Assembly (NCBI RefSeq): GCF_018977255.1 | Contig: NW_024704742.1 | Span: forward strand, 47,060,001 to 47,124,000 | DNA: 64,000 nt | DNA from: Callorhinchus milii | Lineage: Eukaryota | Direction of reading: 5' to 3' | In this document: piece by piece, positions 24,905 to 35,322 of the stretch | Numbering within the stretch: the first letter of the stretch is position 1 | Layout of the letters: each line of letters begins with the position of its first letter | Position numbers and translations under genes: made by a program | Notes under the pieces: model-generated | What the model was told of the DNA's origin: nothing | Seen by the model: only the letters and a program-made list of their open reading frames with translations | Databases searched by the model: none

Positions 24905-25090
24905 AATAAAATAAATTGGTCACTTCAATCCACAACTGTTTGTGGGACACTGCTGTGTGCAATTGGCTGCCACATTTCGCCCACAAAATGTATAGACTAT
25001 TCACTTTACAGTATATTCTGTGAAGAGTTCTGAGACGTCTCAAAGACGTGATAAGGCGCTATATTAAATGCAAGGATTATTATTATTACT
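24905..25090 (+). mobile_element. SINE 3' module (shared tail)
   Basis: aaattggtcacttcaatccacaactgtttgtgggacactgctgtg...aaatgcaagga(tta)n. Confidence 0.85.
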
Positions 25091-25527
25091 ATCACAATGG
25101 ACTTCCTCCTTCTGAGTATCTTCCTCATTGTCTGCATAATAGACCAGGCCATCATGCTTTGCAAGCCAGTCTATGGTCAATGACCATGAGGAGTATATTA
25201 TTTTATATTTACACTCCTGATCCCAACTGCCTGCTTGGGTCCAAATCCCTGACTGTCCAGCGGCTTGGGACACCCTTGCAATGTGAAATTATCCCTGTTA
25301 ATCTACACCCAGGCTACAGTGAACTTCCTGGGTGTCAGCAAAAACTCTTATTGAAATTATTTCGCATCCTGAATGTTTTTTTCCTGATTCCCAACTGATG
25401 TTAACTGTGACAAATTTATATTAATAATTCTGCATTTGACATTGTGGCCTTAAAACTTCTCAAACGCATCACAGGTATTTGTTGTCATGTGTAGTGACTG
25501 TGTTCTTTTAGGTGTGTATGTGACAGG

Positions 25528-25700
25528 ATTAATAATAATCCTTGCATTTAATATAGCACCTTATCACGTTGTTGAGATGTCTCAAAGCGCTTCATAGAAT
25601 ATACTGTAAAGTGAATTGATTGGATATTTTGTGGACAAAACACGGCAGCCAATTTGCGCACAGCAGTGTCCTACAAACAGTCAGGAATTGAGTGACCAAA
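25528..25700 (-). mobile_element. SINE 3' module (shared tail), antisense
   Basis: Reverse complement of the module at 24905-25090. Confidence 0.85.
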
Positions 25701-26345
25701 TTATGATTTTTTTTATTAATTCTTCACATGTGGGATCTTGCATTTTTTGAAAATCACAAATGAATGTGAGAAAGTTTTCCAAATATCCATACAATTAATG
25801 TATTAAAAACCTGAAAAATTGATCTGCTGACAATGGTTTAAAGCTGGCCAGAGGGTGGCATTGTGAGGGACCCAAGTGATTCACCCATTGAATTATAAAA
25901 TAACCTTGTGTATTTATTGTGCCTTATCACCTCTAAACGTAAGCACAACAGCCATTTGCATCAGCAAGATCCACACACCGCTATTAAGAGAATGACCAAT
26001 TAATCTGGAGGGTTGTTGGCAGGGAAAAACACCATTCTCTTTTATAATCATTGTTTGTGGGATCTTTTTAATATGTACCTGAAGGAAAAGCAGACAGGAC
26101 CTCAGTTTTGCAGCGCATCTAATGTTTGGCACATCTAAGCATATTATTCTTGACAATGAACTCAAATCCTGTTGTGGAGCTTGAACCTTCTGACCCAGGA
26201 GGCAAGAGTGTTATGAACTAAATCAAGCTAATATTTGATACCTTCAAACTCCACAGAACAAAGTATTCCTGGGGACTACTGGTGGGAATAATTGACATTT
26301 TTTTACCAGATCAGCATGACATAGTTATCACTTTGCATTGTGCAG

Positions 26346-26490
26346 GTAGACTCAACTTCAAATTCACCCGGTGACAAGAAGTGGAATAAAATATCAGAGG
26401 AAATCAAGGAAGTTTTCAAAACTGCTGTGACTTTGCTCCAGGAACGTGGGACCATGCAAAGCTGCGAAGCCAAAAAATATCTCCGCTCCG
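26346..26490 (+). CDS. NWD2: NWD2 coding exon 5 (145 bp)
   Basis: Acceptor cattgtgcag|GTA, donor TCCG|gtagga. Translates VDSTSNSPGDKKWNKISEEIKEVFKTAVTLLQERGTMQSCEAKKYLRS. Starts phase 0 and ends phase 1, fitting the next exon. Confidence 0.9.
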
Positions 26491-28079
26491 GTAGGATGTT
26501 CACCTTGTTTATCGCTGTTACGAAGGGAACCAGACAGTTCAAAGGTGAAAACAAAAGCCTGCAGTTCTGCTGGAAACAATGCAGAACGTAACCAGTCACA
26601 TCCATAAACCTAAGTACAACAACAACTTGCATTTATATAGCACCAGTCACGCCGGGTGGTGTCCCAGAGTGTTTAAGTAAAGTTCATGGGCAATAGTGTA
26701 ACAAATTTCTTAATACTATCCTTTAATAAGAAATCCAAGTCATGTAAATTGGGAACTCCTTACAGTAACCAGGCATACTTCACGTCAACCTATAGGAACT
26801 TTGTTCTGATAAGTTCTGTTACCGAAGCAGAGATCCCACAGGTCGACAGGAATTTTAGTGGAATTTCTTATAAAAAATACTGCAAATTAGAAAGCGCACC
26901 CCCACCCCCCCACCACCCCTGCTCCACCCAGATGAAGTAAAAGGAGGAAATTTCCTGGGGGAAGGTGGATGGTGGGGGGTAGAATGTTCTTCTGTGTAAT
27001 GAATGGCTAGTACTAATGGCATAAGTTTTAGCTAAGATCTGGGAAGTACCAGATAGTGTTTGTGGCAGATTTTGGAAAATAAAATGTACAATAAGTTGTA
27101 CATTATGTGGAACTTATAAGTGAGCTGCTGGGTGGACATGAGCTGGTCCTTGAGGAGTAACTGCCTGTGTCTGGGATGCTCTTCTCAAGTCTTGCTCTAC
27201 AGCCTGGTATAACCCGGGCTGGTATTTGTGGGGGAGTTCATTTCTGTGCCAAAATAGGGAGAGGACCGACTGAAATTAAGACAGCTTATTTCACTGCAGA
27301 TTCATTGCAAAATTTTAACCTTAAAAGGAATGAATTCACTGGTGATAGCCTGACTACAGTTTATTTGGGATTTGGAAAATAATCTATTGTTTTTATCAAT
27401 AAGGAACGGTATTTGTAATTTTCTTTCTGCCAACAAAAATCCTCTTAGGTTCCCTTCCTTTACTTTTTACATTTTTGCCAAATTATACCAGGTAAACAGG
27501 GACTTCCAGACCATAAGATAACAGGACCTGCTGAAACAAGAGTCCATGGACACAGCAACAAAGACTTGATTCATCATACATTACTTGAGGCATTAGAAAT
27601 CACCAGAGGTTACACATCTGTATGAAAAGCAATCACACTGACGTTAGGTTCATTTCAACCTGATTTGGGGTTTTGATTATCAGTCGTAACAATTTGTTCA
27701 TGTCCTGCTAGTTCATAAATCTGGGCTCACATTTCAGTCATTCCTTCCAGTCCCATCCTACATCCTCCAGGCTTATCCCTTTCAGCTCCTCCTCAAGTGT
27801 GCACTCCCGTGTCATTTATTGCCAAGTAGCTCTTTGTCTCCTCGGGAGTTCGCATAAACCTAGAAATGCTATTAATCAGTGGTGAAATTCTTCAGTGTTA
27901 CCAGAGGCTTTTCCACCTAAACTGTAAACATACCAGCCAGAATTCAGAATGGTGCCAAGAAGCAAAGGTCTCTCTTAATTGTACTGTTAAAGTTTGCTCT
28001 GAGAGCTTCACCCTTGATACTTCACCCTTGACTTTGGGTGATCCCTTTATCAATAGATTCTGGTTTTCTTTTCTTAAAG

Positions 28080-28669
28080 CAATCGAGGATGAGTTTGAGT
28101 TTGCCCTGGGGAACCAAACCACAGCATTTCTAAAAAAGTGCGTATGCTACATTAGAAGAATTGCAAACATTGAACGCCATGTGAAGATCCCAGAAATGAG
28201 CCGCTACGTCGACATCATAGAAGTCAATGGGAAACCTATACGAGACCCTGTGGCCAATGAAAAGCTTGTGAAACTCCGGGAAGAGTTCATTCCCACAATT
28301 GTTGCAGCATCGAATCTAAGAGTGTACACATCCATCACCCATTGTGACATGAAGCTCGGATATTCACAGGAAGTGGAGAATCACTATGTCGAGGGCCTTT
28401 GTAAACAGTTTTATGAAGACATGATTGACATTATTCAGGCTACAGTTCAACAGAACTTTGACATTGAAACGGATGCACTTTACGATGAGGTTCTGCAGCA
28501 CTTGTCTCTTTGTAAAATGTACTCCTCTTTCTACGAGTACCAATGTGAGACTCTGAACATGATCCACAAGTACATTCTGCCCAGCAAAGCTGGACGCATG
28601 AACCCACTCGTTGTGTATGGTGGGCCATGCACAGGGAAAACACTTCTACTAGCAGAAGTGGCAAAGCAG
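28080..28669 (+). CDS. NWD2: NWD2 coding exon 6 (590 bp), ending with the NACHT P-loop (Walker A)
   Basis: Acceptor ttttcttaaag|CA, donor CAG|gtaaaa. Translates (A)IEDEFEFALGNQTTAFLKKCVCYIRRIANIE...NPLVVYGGPCTGKTLLLAEVAKQ, with Walker A GGPCTGKT at 28619-28642. Starts phase 1, ends phase 0. Confidence 0.96.
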
Positions 28670-29309
28670 GTAAAAGCAGTTTATTTCCTTCAGTGTTGCA
28701 TTGGCTGACCTTTAAAAGATGTGTTGCATATGCCTAAGTCTGTCTATGTTATGACTGTAAACATGGAGTGCCTGTGAATTCAAAGCTGGCTTGGATGAAA
28801 GTGAATACTTCATCAGAGTAAAACCTCTCATCTCTTGCTGATAGACAGCTGTTTCAGAACAGGATTCATATCAAGTGAGTGTAAAGCAGCTTGACTTGAT
28901 CCTCATTCCCCTTACATTCCAACACAGTGACTGTGTGTGTTAATTCAGGATATAGGTGGGTATAATGGGATTTCACAATTTGATTTGGTTTGTTTTAGGT
29001 GGAAGAAGGGCTAATGTTCAACATTGATTAGCTGTTCTTTTTTCATTCACTTCATGGTGATTAAGGTGAGGGATGGCTAATCTGAGAAATGGAACTCTAG
29101 ACTATTTCAGGGAGCCAATGTCAAGTCATTTCCAGGTCGAACATAGTAAATGTCGGACATAGATGTAGGATAAAAGGTCTCTAATTTGCCCAGCAATGTG
29201 GCTAATCCCATCTCAGAGTCCCTACAGCACCCACGTTTTTCATTTCTTGCATCATCCATCCTGTGTCCTCTAAGCAAGATTGCTACATAAATATTGAATA
29301 AAGGAATGT

Positions 29310-29665
29310 GGAGTTCTGTAGCTTAATGCTTAGAGTACTCGCCTCGCAAGCAAGAGATCTGGGTAGGGCGAAATGTTGGGCAAGTTTCCTTACTCCTCAA
29401 GCCTCTGTTTAGCTAGCAGTATGTAGGAACCCGGTGGTTTGTCGATTGGCAAATAATTTTTCTGGCGTAATAATCCCTTTAAAAATAAGTGATCACTTAA
29501 TGCACGACAATTTGTGGGACACTGCTGTGCGCAATTGGCTGCTGCTTTTTGCCCACAAAATATATATATATATATACAGTCAATTCACTCTATAGTATTT
29601 TGGGAAGCGCTTTGAGACGTCTAGAAGACATGTATATTGAATGCAAGGATTGTTGTTATTATTAT
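29310..29665 (+). mobile_element. Full-length tRNA-derived SINE (long-body subfamily), diverged
   Basis: Head ggagttctgtagcttaatgcttagag, body gggcaagtttccttactcc...ctagcagta...gtcgattggc, shared tail. Confidence 0.85.
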
Positions 29666-30454
29666 ACTTTGACCTCACCATTATGAACTCAATAGAGAGT
29701 GCGCTAACCCATTTTATAAAAGATGTTTTGGGAGTTAATGTAGCATTTTATGGTATAAATTAGAAATATTGTAATATATCCCATAGCGTTGCTTGGCCTG
29801 TGACAGTCATGAGAGTCCACTACTGTATCATAGAAACTGGGGAGAGTGGATTGGCCCATCCAGACTGAATTCAGTTTTTAAACAGTAATGCCAGTAATGT
29901 TAACTTGGGAGTGGATTGACATTAGCTGCCTGCACCAGTAAATCAATAATACTAGGGTACTAATACTAGAGTTCATTTATGCATGTGTGTGTGTTGTGTG
30001 TAAATGAGGGTGTATTTGTTTGTGTCTATGACTTTGTGCATTGGAATGTATAACAGGTTGCAGCTGGAGTGAGCTATAGCAAAGACCAATGGTGGTTACT
30101 GGGGTAGGAAAAGGAAGTTGATTTCCTGTTAATTTAGTGCATGTTCCAGTAATTCTGAATCAGCAGCAATGAATAATATTATGTGACTGTTTTTCACCTC
30201 ACCAATTTTCTCCCCTCCTCTCCTGAAGCTGTTTTGACTCCTTTGTAATTACACTGAGGTATAGTTCTCTGACCCCTCTTGTACCTTGGCCAAGTGAGCC
30301 TTGACATTGAGTATGATCGGACTATGACTGTGGGGGTCAGGGTGAAGTGTGGGTGGTGGAGGGATGGACAAATCTGTCTAAGTTGTGCGAAGGCCGTCAT
30401 TGGCCACTTGTAAATTGTGTAAATTATCATTAGAAGTTTATTTTCAGCATTTCA

Positions 30455-31100
30455 ACCCATTGGATCTCACCCCTTCAGAATACCCACCCTCCCATCCTCC
30501 CTTCACAGCCACAATCTGTTTTTAAATGAATCCAGTGTTCTGGTCTCAGACACCCTTCCTGCTAAACCTGTCCAAGTTGTTAATAATCCTCTGAGTAAAG
30601 AAATACTTCCTGGAGTCCTGTAGCTCAGTGGTTAGAGCACTTGCCTTACAAGTGAGAGACCCTGGGTTCAATTCCCGGCATGGCGAAATGTTGGGCAAAT
30701 TTCCTTACTCCACATGCCCCTGTCTACCTAGCAGTAAGGAGGAACCCAATTGTTAGTCGATTGGCGGATCACTTTTCCGGGTAGTAATATCTTTAAAAAA
30801 AATGCTCACTTCAATCCACGACTGTCAATTCACTTTACAGTATATTCTGTGAAGCGCTTTGAGATATGTCGAAGAGTGATAAGGCACTATATCAAATGCA
30901 GGATGATTCTTATATATTCCTGGTGTCTGTTCTGAAATTTCCCTTTTCGTCTCTAAACCTGTGTCCTCTTGTTCTGCAGTCTCGGTGCATCTAAAAGAAT
31001 TGTTCTGGGTTTACTTTTTTAATCCAATTTAAAATCTTTTTTTGTACCTCTATAAAGTCCCCTATAAGATGACTCTTTTCACGACTGAAGAGCCCTGTAA
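30455..31100 (-). mobile_element. CR1 3' fragment split by the SINE at 30612
   Basis: CR1-like sequence (...ctctgagtaaagaaatacttcctg | gtgtctgttctgaaattt...aaacctgtgtcctcttgttct) continues on both sides of the SINE. Confidence 0.65.
30612..30912 (+). mobile_element. Full-length tRNA-derived SINE (long-body subfamily)
   Basis: A-box tagctcagtgg, B-box ggttcaattcc, body and shared tail. Confidence 0.9.
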
Positions 31101-31224
31101 TGATAGCATAGTCAGGAAAAGATGTGAGATGTCACTTGATGTTCAGACATATCTCCGCCTCAGCTATATTTAATCCGAAATTGCAAAAATAAAACGTTGA
31201 ACTTCACTTTGCTTATTCCATGAT

Positions 31225-31795
31225 AGGTGAGGTCCTGTCTACCTTTCAATGTGGATGTTAACGATCCCATGGTGCTGTTGTAAAGAGGGGAGATTCTCCT
31301 AGTGCCCTGGCCAACAATACTCCAAATAAAATTCACTCCTTTCACAGTTGTTTATGGGACATTGTTATGTGTAAATTGGCTGCACATTTCACTGGCAAAA
31401 TGCACACCCACTAAACTATTTTACATACTTTGAGAGACCCTCCCAACATAAAAGGCGCTATATTAAATGTAATTTTTTTTTAGTATGTATGAAATGTCAT
31501 TTGCCAGCATGTTCTCTCCAGAAGTGCAGAGATGGTGTAAAAACTCTGCATGCTCAAAATACAAGGGTCTCCACTTTAGCGCCACATTTATAGCATCCAG
31601 AACTGCAATATAAAGCAACGTGACAGACCAATCCACGACTATTGCTGTGTACAATTGTCTGCCGCATTTCACCCACAAAATACACAGTCAATTGACTTTA
31701 TAATATATTCTGTGAAGCGCTTTGAGACGTCTTAATGATGTGATAAGGCGCTATATGGAATGCAAGGATTATTATTTATTATTATCATTATTATT
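31225..31795 (+). mobile_element. Degenerate Deu SINE (~31225-31470) followed by a second shared-tail module (~31640-31795)
   Basis: Deu core gtggatgttaacgatcccatgg...; the second tail is gtgaagcgctttgagacgtcttaatgatgtgataaggcgctat. Confidence 0.7.
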
Positions 31796-32297
31796 TATAA
31801 TCCAGAATTCTGATTAAAGAAGAACTCAAAAGAAAGAACTTGAATTCTAAAAGTGCCTTATCGCATGAAAATGTCTCATAGCACTTCATATGTAACTACT
31901 GTCAAATGAACCAAAACGCCTTCAACCGAATCTCTCTTGAGATGAAACTCTGTCCAGGCTGGAACAAGAAGAGCTTGGATGCCTGTATTAAGGAAAGCTT
32001 GTTGTGTAGGAGAAAATCTGTTTTAGAAGAAATGTTCTACTGTGAGGGAATAACAACAGCAATGTGAATTTATATAGTGCCCTTCACACGGGTAGCATCT
32101 CAGACCCCTTAACAGTGGCAGAGCTTGATACTGAGCAGGAGCAGGGGGTTAGTGTGCGAGAAGAATTTCACCCGTGAGGTAGACTTTCATCAAGTTACAA
32201 ACTAATGTCAGTTGTAACCAGACAAGTTTTTATTCAGCTCATTAAAAGTAACTTACCCTTGTGAGATAGGAAATGGTACCCATGTCACCCATCATTA

Positions 32298-32621
32298 GAG
32301 TCCTGTAGCTCAGTGGTTAGAGCACTCGCTTTGCAAGCAAGAGACCTGAGTTCAATTCCAAGCAGGGCGAAACCTTGGGCAAGTTTCCTTACTCCACACA
32401 GAGCCTAATAATAATCCCTCGTAAAACCAAAAACAATAATAAATTGGTCATTTTCAATCTACGACTGTTTGTGGGACATTGCTGTGCGCAATTGGCTGCC
32501 GCGTTCGCCCACAAATATACAGTCAATTCACTTTACAGTGTGTTCTGTGAAGCGCTTTGGGACGTTCTCCCGACGTGAAAAGCGCAATATCAAATGCAAG
32601 GATTATTATTATTATTATTAT
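32298..32621 (+). mobile_element. Full-length tRNA(Ala)-derived SINE (short-body subfamily), apparently young
   Basis: Head gagtcctgtagctcagtggttagagcactcgctttgcaagcaagag, B-box, tail ending (tta)6. Confidence 0.92.
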
Positions 32622-33629
32622 CAGTTCAAAACACTGCTAAATTTCATGGTAATTGTACAACTGAGACGTTAGGGCAATGGTTTCCAGGGGTGAGAACATG
32701 TCTACACTGACTCTCAAAGGGTAACGTGCTGAATGGATTCACCAACATTTAAACCAGTAATTTCAAGTCATTTGTCTGATGACCAACTGATTGAGCTGCC
32801 CAATATGTTATCGCTTAGAAGATACTGTAACCTGTAGTTGTGGTTCATTGTGTTTACTTTTGCTTTCTGTAAGGTTTATGTCTGGTATGTGTATTTCCAT
32901 GTTTAACAGCGGAATTCACATTTGCATACCACATAAAAATATTTTGTAATACAATGCCAGTATCAGTGTTTTATACATATGAATCCATGGGGAAATTTGT
33001 AGTATGCTATCACAAGATGTAGTATTTCGCATCCATTCAAAGTGATTATTATCACATCACGTATCCCAAATTGCCCTCCTACACTGTGGACACACTTGCA
33101 ATGTACCCTAAACGAGTTACTTGGATACAGAACAACAGAGAGAGAGAAAAGGCTGTATTATGAATCAAGAGCAACAGATGACACAGAGACACTGGTGCCT
33201 ACAAGAGGAAAGTGGTTACATGAAGAACTTAGTCAAATTAGAACATTGAAGAATGTGATTTGTTACCACTAGTTCCACATTGAATGTATAAAACAGAACT
33301 TAACCTTAGAAGAAAGGCAACAAAACTCTGGGTCAATGGGCTGAATAGAGAGCGATTGTAGGAAGTACAAGGGCAAAGTCTGGTAAGGAATTGTCCAGGT
33401 CACTGATACAAGCAGAAACACATCATCATTTTCATAAGAAAACCGGACAGAGCACTAGATATGCATATCAGTCACCTCTGCACGCAAATATCTCTGTATC
33501 TGAAATGGAAATGCCCACGCCATCCCTGGAGGAACGCACCCTGCTTACTTAATTCCAAAAAGTACTAGCAGTAAGCTAGGTTGGCAAGAGTCAAGCTTTG
33601 GGAACCCCAGAGTGTGCGTTGTTGGACTG

Positions 33630-34050
33630 CTGGAGTCTAACCAGCTAAAACTGCATTGCTTGCCATTGAGAGCACTGTCAATGGCACTGCCAAAATTCCC
33701 ATTGCTTGTCCAGCTAGGCCTATCCTTCCCGTTAGGGCTTTGGTTTGCTGGGTTAACAGGAGCTGAGTGGAAAGAATCCCTTCATCTAATCTGCCCCTGC
33801 AGGTCCTGCTAATGAGCCAGTCTGCCTGGTGGGCCTGGCTCAGCAACTGGATGACTGAGTCTGCCACAGAGGGTTGCCTCAATTATGTTATCTCATTATT
33901 AACCATGTTACCTTGGAGCTAGCTCAGCCCCAAGAAAACCCCTGTTTACCCTCCCCTAAGGATAGTCACTAGTTGAGATCCAGTTTGAGATTCCTCGCTT
34001 GGTAGATAGTAGGTTCTCAGAACTCACTGTGACCCTCATGGTGAACAGCA
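33630..34050 (-). repeat. Unclassified ancient interspersed repeat, copy 2
   Basis: Reverse complement contains ggggctgagctagctccaaggtaac, caggcagactggctcattagcaggacc and cagctcctgttaacccagcaaaccaaagccctaa, homologous to 23230-23530. Confidence 0.7.
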
Positions 34051-34821
34051 ATGGTGACCAGTTGGAAGTGTAGGGCTTCAGCAGCAGTTGTTCACCTCTT
34101 CACACCAATCAAGGTGGATTTTAATCCCTGAACATGTGTGCATGTGCTCATGAACTAAGATTCTAGGTAATGCCATCCAGTAGCTGTTGTTCCAAGTCTC
34201 AGAGTGTCTTCATTAGTTATTTGATGGTTAATCTGCCTTCAGCATGGTGGGGGGACAGCTTGTAATGTGCCAGCCACCTTGATATTTGAAGTGTAATGCT
34301 TTGAATCAACAACCTTCTGACTCTAAGGCAATAGTGCTACTGACTGAGTCAGGATGACACCTTATACATATAATAGCTTCAAAATAAGGACAACAGTAGG
34401 AAGTATGGGAATATTTTTTTGGTAATGGAGTGATGATAGGCATGTAGAAAAACCAGAAAAACTGCTAGTGGAACACTAAACAATAGATTCAAAAATGAAC
34501 TAGACAAGTTCCTGAAAATTAAATAGTTTCAGGAGTATTAGATGATGAGTTAGACATGTTGTAAAATCATTTGGAAGGTTGGATTGGAAGGCCAGGCGGC
34601 TCAATGGACTGATAAAACTGAATAGTAAATAGTAAAATATCCCTTTCTCTCATTGTCAGAATATAATCATCTATGTTGTCAACAATCAGTAGTTCCTATT
34701 ATATTGTTTAGTAATAATAATCCTTGAATTTGATATAGCACCTTATCACATCATCAAAATGCCTGACAGGATTTCCTGTAGAATGTAGTGACTGTGTATT
34801 TTGATAACTGAAGGTAGTAAA

Positions 34822-35160
34822 ACTCCCCTAATGGCCTAGAGAGTAAAGACATTGCCAGACTAGAAACTGAGGAGGAGTGGAGGCTCTTGTGGGATATAAA
34901 CACTAACATTTAATAATTTGGCCAAACAGCCGTATCACTTGACATAACTGTGTCACAGGTTTTAATGTGTTCTGAGTTAGCTCACCTCAGGAGTTGGGGT
35001 AGAGTTAAACAGTGAATCAGGTTTGAGAATATCACTCATTCACTCCACGGTCTAAGCTTATACATGAATGGCTGCTCACTCAGGAAAGATAGGATAACCA
35101 GGACATGTGGAGCTGTGCCCACATGTAAGTCAATATATTCAGGAAAGAGGTTGGGAAAAA
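34822..35160 (+). mobile_element. Old SINE, AmnSINE2-like, fragmented
   Basis: ctcccctaatggcctagagagtaaagacattgcc...gtcacaggtt...ctgagttagctcacctcagg...gtctaagcttatacatgaatggc. The family name is from recall. Confidence 0.45.
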
Positions 35161-35322
35161 AGTTGCTTTAAAACAATAAGGTGACAAAGCCTACTCTCAG
35201 CAATTCATTGACTTTATATTTCTTTTTTTCAGCACCATGGCGTCTTAAGTAATGCGAACTGTTATGAAACCTTTTTTATCTTGTTGTCAGTTCCAATACT
35301 GAAATAATATTTCATATTTCAG

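Noticed and set aside
26898..26980. C-rich/G-rich inverted match (ccccccacca / tggtgggggg) and possible G-quadruplex
   Set aside because: Only 10 bp of low-complexity pairing, which is expected by chance.
27866..28079. N-terminal part of the 280-aa ORF 27866-28708
   Set aside because: Intronic read-through. NWD2 similarity begins at the acceptor at 28079 and ends at the donor at 28670.
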